This document shows positions 20,685 to 32,596 of a DNA stretch of 64,000 nt, piece after piece. Positions within the stretch are counted from its first letter, which is position 1. Every line of letters starts with the position of its first letter. This DNA is from Planctomycetota bacterium (GTDB lineage Bacteria > Planctomycetota > GCA-002687715 > CAIWVZ01), in the NCBI GenBank assembly GCA_044222185.1, contig JBGANV010000003.1, positions 768,001 to 832,000 of the forward strand, written 5' to 3'. A program made the position numbers and the translations under genes. A model generated the notes under the pieces. The model was not told the DNA's origin. It worked only from the letters and a program-made list of their open reading frames with translations, and made no database searches.

Positions 20685-21854
20685 ATGACGACCGACGCCG
20701 CAACCGCCCCTTCGATCGCGATCGAAGCCGATCGCTCCCTTTCCCGCGTGCCGGTCGAGCTGCGCTCGTTGCGGATCTGGGTGACGACGTTCGCCGTGTG
20801 GTCGGTGATTGCCGTGCTGTCGGCGACGATCCGGTGGATGTACTACGGCAGCAAGGAGCAGATGTCGCTCGCGCAGTCGTTCGGCTACTCGATCTGCGAC
20901 GAGTACGTGAACGCCCTCCTCACGCCGCCCATGCTGTGGCTCGGGCGCGTGTTTCGCGTGACGCGCGAGAACTGGCGGCGAATGGCGCCGCGACAACTGC
21001 TCATCGCGGTGATCGCGGGCGCGTTCTCCGCGGCGCCGTCCACGTTCGTGACGGATCGCCTCGCCCAGAGCTTCGGCCACCCCGGGTGGCAGTGGGAGAC
21101 CGCGCAACACGAGATCGTCGGATGCTACCTGGGCAACGTCGTGTGGATGTCGCAGATCCTCCTCGTCTCGCAGGGTCTGCTCTCGATCAAGGAGTCGCGC
21201 GAGCGGGCCGTGCGCGCGGTCCAGCTCGAAGCGCAACTCGCCAAGGCCCAGCTGCAGGTCCTCCGCATGCAGCTGAACCCGCACTTCCTGTTCAACACGC
21301 TGAACGGGATCGTCACGCTCATGCATCGTGACATCGATGCTGCCGAGCGGATGATCCTCCGCCTGAGTGATCTGTTGCGCCTCGCGCTCGACGACGACGG
21401 CTCGCTCGAGGTTCCCCTGCGGCGCGAGGTGGATTTCATGGAGCGGTACCTGGATCTGGAGAAGGTCCGCTTCGCCGAGCGGCTGCACGTCACCGTCCGC
21501 CTCGCGGACGACACGCTCGATTGCCTCGTGCCGAACCTCATCCTTCATCCCATCGTCGAAAATGCCGTGAAGCATGGCGTGGCGCGCACGACCGACGGAG
21601 GTCACATCGAGTTGCGCACGTACCTGGAGGACGGCCGTCTCACGATCGACGTCGAGGACGACGGGCCGGGGTTCGACGAAGCGCGATCCGGCGGCGGCAT
21701 CGGCCTCACGAACACGCGCGAGCGTCTTTCGCGCATGTTCGGATCGGAGGCGAGGCTCGACGTCGGCGTCGGTCCGCGTGGCGGGGCACGGGTCCGGCTG
21801 CGGCTGCCCGTGCGGATGCAATCCCGTTCGAAGGGTTCGGAGGTAGCGACATGA
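20685..21854 (+). CDS. LytS/YehU-family sensor histidine kinase
   Basis: N-terminal TMs; QLNPHFLFNTLN H-box, VENAVKHG, DDGPG, GIGLTN. Confidence 0.95.
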   Translation: MTTDAATAPSIAIEADRSLSRVPVELRSLRIWVTTFAVWSVIAVLSATIRWMYYGSKEQMSLAQSFGYSICDEYVNALLTPPMLWLGRVFRVTRENWRRMAPRQLLIAVIAGAFSAAPSTFVTDRLAQSFGHPGWQWETAQHEIVGCYLGNVVWMSQILLVSQGLLSIKESRERAVRAVQLEAQLAKAQLQVLRMQLNPHFLFNTLNGIVTLMHRDIDAAERMILRLSDLLRLALDDDGSLEVPLRREVDFMERYLDLEKVRFAERLHVTVRLADDTLDCLVPNLILHPIVENAVKHGVARTTDGGHIELRTYLEDGRLTIDVEDDGPGFDEARSGGGIGLTNTRERLSRMFGSEARLDVGVGPRGGARVRLRLPVRMQSRSKGSEVAT

Positions 21855-22627
21855 ACACGATTCGCGCCATCACGGTCGACGACGAACCGCTCGCGCGGGA
21901 ACGGCTGCGCGGTCTCCTCGCCGAGGAGGCGGGCATCGAACTCGTCGCCGAGGCCGCCGATGGGGACGAGGCCGTCGCGGCGATCCGCACGCACAAGCCG
22001 GACCTCGTCCTCCTCGACATCCAGATGCCCGGCCTCGACGGTTTCGGCGTGCTCGCGAAGCTCCCGATGAAGCCGCTCCCGGTCGTCATCTTCGTGACGG
22101 CGTACGACCAGTACGCGCTTCGCGCCTTCGAAGTGCATGCGCTCGACTACGTGCTGAAGCCCATCGACGGCGATCGCTTCCGTGCGGCGATGCGTCGGGC
22201 CCGCGACCAGATCGAGCGCGAGAAGCGCGGGGAGGTCGACGAACGCGTCCGCGCGCTGCTCTCCGAACTGCGCGCGCCCTCGCCCCATCTCGATCGGCTC
22301 GCGATCCGCTCGCCCGGCCGCGTCTTCTTCGTGAAGACCGAGGAGATCGACTTCATCGAGGCCGCCGGAAATTACGTCCGCATCAAGGTCGGAGATCACG
22401 AGCACCTGCTTCGTGAAACGCTCAACGCCATGGAGCAGAAGCTCGATCCCCGGCGATTCGTCCGCATCCACCGCTCGACCGTCGTGAACGTCGATCGGGT
22501 GAAGGAGCTTCAGCCGATCCTGCATGGCGACTACTCCGTGATCCTGCGCAGCGGCGCGACGCTGACGCTCAGCCGCAGCTTCCGCGAGAAGGCCCAGCAG
22601 GCGTTGGGTCTCGAGCCGGAGGCGTAG
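21851..22627 (+). CDS. LytTR-family response regulator
   Basis: ATGA overlap; VDDEPLAR, LDIQMP, FVTAYD, LKP, FVRIHRSTVVN. Confidence 0.97.
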   Translation: MNTIRAITVDDEPLARERLRGLLAEEAGIELVAEAADGDEAVAAIRTHKPDLVLLDIQMPGLDGFGVLAKLPMKPLPVVIFVTAYDQYALRAFEVHALDYVLKPIDGDRFRAAMRRARDQIEREKRGEVDERVRALLSELRAPSPHLDRLAIRSPGRVFFVKTEEIDFIEAAGNYVRIKVGDHEHLLRETLNAMEQKLDPRRFVRIHRSTVVNVDRVKELQPILHGDYSVILRSGATLTLSRSFREKAQQALGLEPEA

Positions 22628-22678
22628 GGGCGCGGCGTCGCGTCCGCGGCGCTGCAGCGCCGAAGCGCCGCGCGGCGC

Positions 22679-22872
22679 TCGGAGCGCCGCGCTACTGCGC
22701 GGCCGGATGGCAGGGCTCTGCCCTGCCTGGAACGTCGAGTGGGCACGCTCGCGGCCGACGTGTCGGACGACGCACGAAGATCCCCGGCCACATGAGTCGA
22801 TCAACGCCTCTCCACACTCAGGGCAGGGCAGAGCCCTGCCCACCCGGCCGGGCAGAAAGCCCGGCGCTCCGG
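22679..22872. repeat. REP/REPIN-like element, copy 1 (~50-bp inverted ends, 94-nt core)
   Basis: Palindromes GGCAGGGC-TCT-GCCCTGCC (22709-22727) and GGCAGGGC-AGA-GCCCTGCC (22822-22840); outer arms CGGAGCGCCG... and ...CCGGCGCTCCG. Confidence 0.8.
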
Positions 22873-22883
22873 CGCCCCGACGG

Positions 22884-23486
22884 TCACCGCGATTCGGTCG
22901 GCCGCAACGCACCAGAGGTCTCCATGTGCCGGCGCTCGAGCGACTCCAGGTAGCGGTCGATGCCCAGCTGGGCGTTGATCTCTTTCACGAGCCCGAAGAC
23001 GTCTTTCGCATCCGGATCCGAGGCGTCCGCGACGACGCGCTTGCGCACGCCGCGGGCATTCAGGCTCAGGCGCACCCGCGGCGCGTCCGTATACCGCGCG
23101 TCGACATAGGACTCGTCGAGTTGCTGAAATCGGAAGCGGAAGAACAGATCGAGGATCGCATCCAGTTCGGCCGGACTGAGTCTGCGGGTATCGCGGTCAC
23201 CGAATCGTGGGGTAATGCGAAGTTCGCCGGATCGGCTCAGCTCAAGACCGAAGCTCCACCCAGCATTCATGCAGGACCGCTGGATCTCGACGACAGTGTC
23301 AGCGCCAAACGGTTCGTCCAAGAACAGGTCCCGCTCGCGGGTCACCCAACGAAGGAACGCGAAGCCGCCGTAGACCGCCAGTGCCATGATCGCGCCCCAG
23401 ACGATCCGCTGCCGCGGACTCCGCGCCGACAGCCCGTCGCCGCGCGCGCGGCGCGCGAACCGCGCGTGGCGATCTGGATCATCCAT
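22884..23486 (-). CDS. Membrane-anchored hypothetical protein (DUF6438-like)
   Basis: AAGGAG RBS; one TM; IQRSC...FGLELSRSG...FQQLDESY...TDAPRVRLSL pattern. Confidence 0.65.
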   Translation of the reverse strand: MDDPDRHARFARRARGDGLSARSPRQRIVWGAIMALAVYGGFAFLRWVTRERDLFLDEPFGADTVVEIQRSCMNAGWSFGLELSRSGELRITPRFGDRDTRRLSPAELDAILDLFFRFRFQQLDESYVDARYTDAPRVRLSLNARGVRKRVVADASDPDAKDVFGLVKEINAQLGIDRYLESLERRHMETSGALRPTESR

Positions 23487-23502
23487 TCGGTTCTCCTTCG
23501 TG

Positions 23503-23692
23503 CGGACCGCCGCGCCCGGCGCGGCTGGAGGGCAGGGCTCGGCCCTGCCTCTCGATCGGTGACTTTATTCGCGCGCGACCACCGCGGCGACCGACGGATG
23601 AAGGCGACGATCAGCGCGGCTTGTGGGCGTCTCGCCACGCGCCTGGCAGGGCAAAGCCCTGCCGTCCGGCCGGGCGGAGCCCGGCGCTCCGA
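23503..23692. repeat. REP/REPIN-like element, copy 2 (95-nt core)
   Basis: Palindromes GGCAGGGC-TCG-GCCCTGCC (23531-23549) and GGCAGGGC-AAA-GCCCTGCC (23645-23663); both arms align with those of copy 1. Confidence 0.8.
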
Positions 23693-23724
23693 TCTACGCT
23701 CGTTCCCGACCAAATCAGGCCTTT

Positions 23725-23753
23725 TGGACTCCCCCGGCCGGCTCATATAACTT
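23725..23753 (+). promoter_or_regulatory. Putative sigma70 promoter of hppA
   Basis: TGGACT-17 nt-TAACTT (overlapping TATAAC), AT-rich in a GC-rich context, 22 nt upstream of the ATG. Confidence 0.5.
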
Positions 23754-23775
23754 CCCTCCGAATTTCCGGGCCCTG

Positions 23776-26175
<2,400 letters not shown>

Positions 26176-26184
26176 GCCCGACCA

Positions 26185-26218
26185 CGCCCGGCCGCCGCCC
26201 CCCTTGCGGCGCCGGGCG
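26185..26218 (+). terminator. Hairpin downstream of hppA
   Basis: CGCCCGGCCGCCGC-cccctt-GCGGCGCCGGGCG, imperfect stem, weak U-tract. Confidence 0.4.
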
Positions 26219-26246
26219 CTTGCCGTTCCCGCCCGGTGCGAGCACG

Positions 26247-27779
26247 ATGTTCGCCATGCCGCACCGGCAAATCCGCCACGCACTGACTTCCGTCACCGCG
26301 CTCTTGCTCGGATGCGTGGCGCTCCTGCCGGGGTGCTCCTCGACGTCGGCGGCGTCCTCGGGAAGCAACCCTCCCCCCTGGCACTACACGGTGCGCGTCT
26401 CGGACGACCTGAGCACACTGCACGTCTCCGTGCTTTTCGACGAGGATCCTGGCACGCACTTCATACTCGGCGAGACCTCCAAGGAGAGTTTCGTGTCCGA
26501 CGTGACCGCACAGCCGGGCGAGTTGCCGCTGGATCGCGATCGCGAACACGGCGGCTGGCACTGGGGATTCGAGGAGCGCCTGACGGGGCTGGACTACGTC
26601 GTGCACCTCGACCAGATGTTCGCCCGCAGCGGACGTTCACGGGATCGGGCCGATCGGCGCGACGTCGTCGTACCCAACGGCGCGTGGCTCGTCCGCCCCA
26701 TGCGCCTTCCCGGACCGCGACCTGCCGACCTGGCGGTCGATCGCGCCGAATCCGCCTCGACGGGCGGAGGGCCGCCGCTGGAGGTGTCCTTTCCCTGCGG
26801 CCGCTTCGACGAACGCGCCAACGGCACGAGCGCGCGATATACCCTCGATCGGACGGCGTTCTGGTACGAAGGCGCGCTCGCGATCGGTCCGTTCGCAAAG
26901 AGTGCCTTCATGCACGGCGACACGACCTTCGAGATGGTCCTCCTGAACGGACGCCGCAAGGCCACGCCGGCGGGACTGCAATCCTGGCTCACCCGATCCG
27001 CGGATGCGGTCGCTGCGCTCTACGGGGGTTTCCCGAAGAAGCAGGTTCGCGTGTTGGTGAGGCCTTCCGGTCGCGGGCACGAACCCATCGTGTTCGGACT
27101 TGCGCAACGCGGTGGCGGCGCATCCCTCACCCTCTACCTGAACTCGGCCGCGTCGGATTCCGATCTCACGTCCGACTGGGTGACGGTCCACGAGATGACC
27201 CATCTCGGAATGCCGCCGATGCACGACGACGATGGCTGGATGTCGGAGGGCTGGGTGACCTACTACACCGAGGTCCTACGCGCCCGCGCAGGCATGAAGT
27301 CCGAGGAGGGTGCGTGGCAGGGCATCGCCGAGGGGCTCGCGAACGGAATCGCCGAAGCGAACGCGGTGTCGCTCCGTCAAGCCAGCCGGACGTTGGACGA
27401 GGGCCAGCGCTGGCTTTACGTTTATTGGGGTGGCGCCGCGACGGCGCTGCTGCTCGACGTGGAGATGCGACGGCAATCGGGCGGCGCGCGGTCGTTGGAT
27501 CACGCCATGCGTGAGATCTACGAATGGCGCAAGGCCCGCGACGAGCTGGTCACCTCCGACGAGATCATCGAGCACCTCGACGACTGGTGGGGTGCTGATC
27601 TCTTCTCGAAGACGCTCAAACTCCTGGTCGACGGCTCCGACTTCCCGAAGGTCGGCCCCGCGTTCGCCCGTCTCGGGATCGCACGCATGGGAGATGGCGT
27701 TCAACTCGACGACACGGCTCCGGACGCCGCGATCCGCCGGGCGATCATGGCGCCGCCGCCGAGTTCGACGAAACCTTGA
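26247..27779 (+). CDS. Gluzincin metallopeptidase lipoprotein (M61/M1-like)
   Basis: Lipobox LPGC; VHEMTH...WMSEGWVTYY; YVYWGGA. The ORF-track N-terminus is a shadow of hppA. Confidence 0.8.
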   Translation: MFAMPHRQIRHALTSVTALLLGCVALLPGCSSTSAASSGSNPPPWHYTVRVSDDLSTLHVSVLFDEDPGTHFILGETSKESFVSDVTAQPGELPLDRDREHGGWHWGFEERLTGLDYVVHLDQMFARSGRSRDRADRRDVVVPNGAWLVRPMRLPGPRPADLAVDRAESASTGGGPPLEVSFPCGRFDERANGTSARYTLDRTAFWYEGALAIGPFAKSAFMHGDTTFEMVLLNGRRKATPAGLQSWLTRSADAVAALYGGFPKKQVRVLVRPSGRGHEPIVFGLAQRGGGASLTLYLNSAASDSDLTSDWVTVHEMTHLGMPPMHDDDGWMSEGWVTYYTEVLRARAGMKSEEGAWQGIAEGLANGIAEANAVSLRQASRTLDEGQRWLYVYWGGAATALLLDVEMRRQSGGARSLDHAMREIYEWRKARDELVTSDEIIEHLDDWWGADLFSKTLKLLVDGSDFPKVGPAFARLGIARMGDGVQLDDTAPDAAIRRAIMAPPPSSTKP

Positions 27780-28723
27780 CGCCCCGATCCGAAGTGGACG
27801 AAGTCATGGGGCCCGCACCGAAGTCGAACGTCCCGCACTCCGCGCAGCCTCGGCGCAGCCGCCGGCGTCGGATCGTCCGATGGGCGATCATCATCTTCCT
27901 CCTCGCCATCACGGCGTGGCTCGTCGGCTGCTGGTTCGCCGCGGGCACCCTGATCCACCCCTATCGGCAGTCCATTCCCAAGGTGGCGGAGATCGGCGGA
28001 GCGGCAGTCGAGGAAGTCGCGTTCCAGACCCGCGACGCCGTCACGATCCGGGGCTGGCTGATGACGAAATCGCCCGAGCGCGTCGTGGTGCTCGTGGCGG
28101 GGCTCGGCGGCAACCGCACGTCGTCGACCGAGATGGCGGCCCTGTGGCTCGAACACGGATGGAGCGTCCTCACTCCCGACCTTCGTGCGACGGGAGCCAG
28201 CACGCACGACCAGGTCACGTTCGGTTGGGATGAACGACTCGACGTCGAGGCTGCGCAGGGCTTCCTCCGATCACGGGGGTTCGTGCGAATCGGCGGGCAC
28301 GGAGTCTCACTCGGCGCGGCTGCACTCTGCTACTCCCTCGACGATGCGACGACGTGGGACTTCCTCGTGATCGAGTCGTGCTACGACACGATCGAGAACG
28401 CCTTCCGCAATCGCATGGATCCCCTGGGTGTCCCGGCCTTCGCCGCATGGCCGATCAAGCTGTTCGTCGAGTGGCGCACGGGGATCGACCGCTCGCGCCT
28501 CGAGCCGGTCCGTGCCATCCGTCCCCACACCCGCCCGCTGCTCGTGATGGCCGGCGACGCGGAATACCAGCTGAAATTCGGCGAGGTCGCAGCCCTTCAC
28601 GCGGCATGTTCGTCCGAGAAGAAGATCCTCCACGTGTTCAAGGGACACGGGCACCACAGCCACATCGGGCGATCGCCGCAGGAGTACCGGACCGTCTTCG
28701 ACGAGTTCCTCCGCTGGCTCTGA
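27776..28723 (+). CDS. Membrane-anchored alpha/beta hydrolase
   Basis: N-terminal TM; PDLRATGAS, nucleophile elbow GVSLG, AGDAE, GHGH; start TTG 27776 or ATG 27806. Confidence 0.9.
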   Translation: MTPRSEVDEVMGPAPKSNVPHSAQPRRSRRRRIVRWAIIIFLLAITAWLVGCWFAAGTLIHPYRQSIPKVAEIGGAAVEEVAFQTRDAVTIRGWLMTKSPERVVVLVAGLGGNRTSSTEMAALWLEHGWSVLTPDLRATGASTHDQVTFGWDERLDVEAAQGFLRSRGFVRIGGHGVSLGAAALCYSLDDATTWDFLVIESCYDTIENAFRNRMDPLGVPAFAAWPIKLFVEWRTGIDRSRLEPVRAIRPHTRPLLVMAGDAEYQLKFGEVAALHAACSSEKKILHVFKGHGHHSHIGRSPQEYRTVFDEFLRWL

Positions 28724-28744
28724 CCGCGCGCCGAGATCCGTCGA

Positions 28745-30529
28745 TCAGGGTGCCCGCACGACGCGGAAACCCACGAACGAGTTCGCCTCGTCCGGCGCCA
28801 GGAAGAACCGCTCGGCCGATCGGCAGTTGCGCGCCGGGTTGATGCACGACCCGCCGCGCAGGACGCGCAGGACGCCGATCGACGGCCCCTTCGGATCGAC
28901 CACACCGGCGCGGCAGCGGGCATATTCCCGCTCGTCGTACCAGTCCCAGCACCACTCCCAGACGTTCCCGAGCATGTCGTACAAGCCGAGTCCGTTGGGC
29001 TTCTTCGTCCCGACGGGATGCACGAGGCCGTGACTGTTCCCGAAGTGCAACGCGATCCGGTCGAGCTGACCGGGGCGTGACGCCGCCTGCCCCGCGCGAC
29101 AGGCATACTCCCACTCGGCCTCGGTCGGCAGGTGGAAGTTGAAGCGCACGCAGAACGCGACCGCATCGCTCCACGTCACGTTGACGACGGGACGGCGCAC
29201 GTGGGTCGCCTCGTCCTGCTCGGGCGCCGGGCGCGTCTGCTCGGGCTTGAACAGGCCGAACTGGGCGTTCGTGATCGGCATTCGCCCCATGTAGAACGGC
29301 GCGGAGATCGTCACCGAATGTTGGGGTCGCTCGTCGTCGTCGCCGCCGTCTTCGCCGATGGGCGAGCCACGCGTGAACGAGCCCGGAGCGACGAGTACGA
29401 GCTCGATGCCCGTCTCGCGATCGAGGACTTCGCGCGGGAGGCCGCACCCTTCGTCGATCACGGTCGACGCTTTCGGAATCGCCCAGTCGGGGCACATGGT
29501 GTCGATGACGGCGAGTTGTCGCCCCTCGAGGATGAGCTGCGTCGGCTCGGGCGCCCGGATCGTCGCGCTACCGGACATCGTGTCGCGGCGCGTCATGTCC
29601 ATGTGGAAGTCGTTCGGTGCGCGATCCGCATCCAGGCGGCTGAACGAGTGCGTGTCGACGCCTTCGAGTGCGGCGATGCTCTGCTGCAGCGTCTGGTTCC
29701 ACTTCTTCAAGTCCTTCGGGCGCATCTCCGGGTTCGGGCGCAAGGCCTCGTGGATGAGCGCGCAGAGGTTCGGAGTGCACTTGAGCACGGGAACGATGTC
29801 CGACAGCGAGACCGGCTTGCACTCGGCGACGCGGAGGATCACCTCGTCTTGCGAGCGCCCGGGGAATGCGGGCCGGCCCGCGAGCATCTCGTATGCCGTG
29901 GCGCCGAGGCTGAAGACGTCGAATGCGGCCGTGATCGACGCGCCACGCGTCCGCGGCTCGTGGTACTCGGGGGGCGCGTAGCTCGGCGTGCACGCGCCGC
30001 CCTGCGTGACGAGCCCCACGGTCGTGACCGCGTCGGCCGTGTCGGCCAGACGGGCGATCCCGAAGTCGAGGATCTTGACGAGGGGGACGTCGTCGAGATC
30101 GGGCGTCAGCATGATGTTGCCTGGCTTCAAGTCACGGTGGACGACGCCGGCCTTGTGGATCGCCCGCAGTCCCTTGGCGATCTGCACGATGATCGGGACG
30201 GCCTCCGTCGGCTCCATGCGACCGCGTTTCAACCGGTTTCCGAGCGTCTCGCCCTCGCAGAACTCGAAGACGATGAACGGACGGCCGTCGCGTGAAACCC
30301 CGAAGTCCCGGAACTGCGCCACGTGCGCCGAGCGGACGCTCACGGCCGCCCGGGCCTCGCGCTCGAAGGCCTGCCGGATCGCGGGGTGGTTCGCCACGTC
30401 CGCATGGGCGAGCTTGATGGCGCAGGGAATTCCCAGCGGGTTCATCACGGCGCGATACACCGTCCCGAAGCCGCCCCGCTCGAGGTACGACTGGATCGTG
30501 TAGTGTTCGCTGAGGTCCGGGAACTGCAT
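28745..30529 (-). CDS. Ser/Thr protein kinase fused to an FGE-sulfatase (SUMF1) domain
   Basis: GGFGTV, AIK, HRDLKPGN, DFG; C-terminal LPTEAEWEYACRAG, GLYDMLGNVWEWC, RGGS, GFRVVR; start MQFPDL at 30529. Confidence 0.93.
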   Translation of the reverse strand: MQFPDLSEHYTIQSYLERGGFGTVYRAVMNPLGIPCAIKLAHADVANHPAIRQAFEREARAAVSVRSAHVAQFRDFGVSRDGRPFIVFEFCEGETLGNRLKRGRMEPTEAVPIIVQIAKGLRAIHKAGVVHRDLKPGNIMLTPDLDDVPLVKILDFGIARLADTADAVTTVGLVTQGGACTPSYAPPEYHEPRTRGASITAAFDVFSLGATAYEMLAGRPAFPGRSQDEVILRVAECKPVSLSDIVPVLKCTPNLCALIHEALRPNPEMRPKDLKKWNQTLQQSIAALEGVDTHSFSRLDADRAPNDFHMDMTRRDTMSGSATIRAPEPTQLILEGRQLAVIDTMCPDWAIPKASTVIDEGCGLPREVLDRETGIELVLVAPGSFTRGSPIGEDGGDDDERPQHSVTISAPFYMGRMPITNAQFGLFKPEQTRPAPEQDEATHVRRPVVNVTWSDAVAFCVRFNFHLPTEAEWEYACRAGQAASRPGQLDRIALHFGNSHGLVHPVGTKKPNGLGLYDMLGNVWEWCWDWYDEREYARCRAGVVDPKGPSIGVLRVLRGGSCINPARNCRSAERFFLAPDEANSFVGFRVVRAP

Positions 30530-31090
30530 GACGCCCCCAGTGTCTTCGGCACGATGGGGCCCGGGGCTTGCTGCCGCGACGGCGATCCAGGGAAAACATG
30601 CCGCCCGCAGATGTTCTCCGACGCCAGATCCGGGCTCCGGGACTCCTCCGGCGACGAACGGCCGCAACGCGACGCCTGGCGCAGAGGTTTGTGGACGGCG
30701 CTTCCTGTCCTCCACGCTATGGAGCTCAACGTCCGACGTCGGTAATCGGTCCGACGCAGCCGCGCCGGTATCGGAGACGACCGTGCTCCGTCGCCGCGCC
30801 ATGCAAGGGAGCCTTCGTCACGCTCTCCGCACTGGTCCGCCTGAACCTCGCGCACGGCCCCGAGAAACCAGTCGCCTTGCGTGACTTCTCCCGGCAGGCG
30901 CAGGGCCCCACGCACGTGAGAGCGGCCTGGCGACGCCCGGTCACGGCAGAAACGGTGATTCCATGTCCGGATGGGAGCGACGGGCTCAAGTCGGGCCTAT
31001 GCACCTGCAAACCCCACGTCGACACGCCGCCCCGATGGCCTGGGCAGACCTGCGCGTGGGTCACCCCGCGCCGACGAGGAGCCAGCAGCC

Positions 31091-32512
31091 ATGACACGTC
31101 GCCCACCCACGTCTACCTGGATCGTCGCGGCGATCGCCCTCTTGGCGGCTGTCGGACTCATCGATCGAAGCACCCCTGAACCGCGGGCAATCCTCTTGGA
31201 GGCCGCGACTCCGCTCGCGGCCGTGTCGACGGTCAGCCGTCCCGTGAGCGACGATCGGCCGGCACCACTCGTGGTCGCTTCGTTTCACGCGGCACCGCCG
31301 GACGCGACTCCGGCTCCCGTGCGTCCTCGGCGGGGCGTGCGAGGACGAATCGTAAGCCCCAATGTGATCATCCGACACGGGCCGGACGGCGCCCCTGTCT
31401 TCGGACTGTCCTCCTGCGAGATCCTCCCGTTCCGTGCGGTTGAAGACCAGAAGGCTCGCTTCACGACGTTCGTATTCTCCGGCTCGAAGGACCGGGCCGT
31501 GACGCCGTCGGCCGAGGGCGACTTCGAGATCGACCTCGCTCCGGGGATCTACCGTATCTCGGCCCAGCACGACCCCAGACACGCGACAACCCCGTGGCTA
31601 CGTGAGTTCTGGTACGCGATCGTTCGGATTGACGCGGCCGACCAGGGCTTGCTGGACCTCGGAGAGAACCGTTTCGCGCCAGCCCCCGTCACGGGCACCA
31701 TCGTCGATCTCCGAATGCCAGGGACGCTCGACCTCAGCGGGACAAACGTCGAATTCTCGGATGCCCAATCGGAGGAGCCGGGGTTGCCGCTGTCGGCCAC
31801 TGGGTATGGCGTCGACGTGAAGCCGACGTCAAGCGGCGAGTTCGCCGTGAGTCTGGCACGTTATTCCGGGTCGAACGCACTCATCCCTCACCCGGGACGC
31901 GTCTGCGGCTGCATCACCGCGACGCTCGGGGGAGACACCGCGTCGCTCGAACCCGTGACAATGGGCGAACATGTAGAGGTGAAGTTGACGTCCGCGCCCC
32001 GTAGGGCCGAGGTTCCCACAACGGAGCTGACACTGACGTTCCGCAACGTCCCCGCGACGGCGCATGCCTGGCTGATCGGCGATCGGCTGGTCACAGCCAA
32101 GGACTTCGGTTCGAGCAAGAAGAACAAGGACGGCTCGTTCCGCACGACGTTCGTGCTCGAACGTGGGAGATGGTCACTCGAGGTCTCCGATGCGACGACC
32201 AATCGCTGGTTCGGACGCGAGATCGTGGTGGACGCGCCCGGGCAGTCGATCGAGATCGATCCTGATTGGCGCGACGCGCGAACGGTCACGTCCGCGACCG
32301 GCGAAGCGATGACGCGAGTGATGGTGCGCGGTGGACGCGAGATCCCACTGCAACGTAGCGACGCGACGGCCTCCGGGGCATGCAGCGTCCTGCGCGGGCT
32401 TCCGCCGCACGGCGATGTGGTCCTGCGCGTCGGCGACGAACTCTTTCGAGTCGACGAAACGCGTGGGCAGTCACCGCTCCTCGACGCAGCCTGCCCGAGG
32501 ATCGGCCGATAG
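31091..32512 (+). CDS. Membrane-anchored hypothetical protein with carboxypeptidase-regulatory-like beta domains
   Basis: GAGGAG RBS, N-terminal TM, Pro-rich linker, VRGRIV...GDFEIDLAPGIYRISA. Confidence 0.65.
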   Translation: MTRRPPTSTWIVAAIALLAAVGLIDRSTPEPRAILLEAATPLAAVSTVSRPVSDDRPAPLVVASFHAAPPDATPAPVRPRRGVRGRIVSPNVIIRHGPDGAPVFGLSSCEILPFRAVEDQKARFTTFVFSGSKDRAVTPSAEGDFEIDLAPGIYRISAQHDPRHATTPWLREFWYAIVRIDAADQGLLDLGENRFAPAPVTGTIVDLRMPGTLDLSGTNVEFSDAQSEEPGLPLSATGYGVDVKPTSSGEFAVSLARYSGSNALIPHPGRVCGCITATLGGDTASLEPVTMGEHVEVKLTSAPRRAEVPTTELTLTFRNVPATAHAWLIGDRLVTAKDFGSSKKNKDGSFRTTFVLERGRWSLEVSDATTNRWFGREIVVDAPGQSIEIDPDWRDARTVTSATGEAMTRVMVRGGREIPLQRSDATASGACSVLRGLPPHGDVVLRVGDELFRVDETRGQSPLLDAACPRIGR

Positions 32513-32596
32513 CTCGCGCGACGCGTCCAGACAGGTTCTGTGCAGGTGTCGCATGTCGTTTTCGGTTACGGGTTCCAACAATGAAGGGCAACGAAG

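Noticed and set aside
22679-23692. CRISPR array or classical integron
   Set aside because: Only four palindromes, in inverted pairs, with 94, ~690 and 95 nt spacing; no cas or intI gene and no GTTRRRY cores.
28745-29450. FGE-sulfatase (CLec-fold) C-terminus as a diversity-generating retroelement target
   Set aside because: No reverse transcriptase and no second, adenine-variant copy of the 3' end seen in the window.
30445-31179. Small ORFs or a recombinase remnant in the intergenic gap
   Set aside because: No family motif, RBS or codon-bias support.
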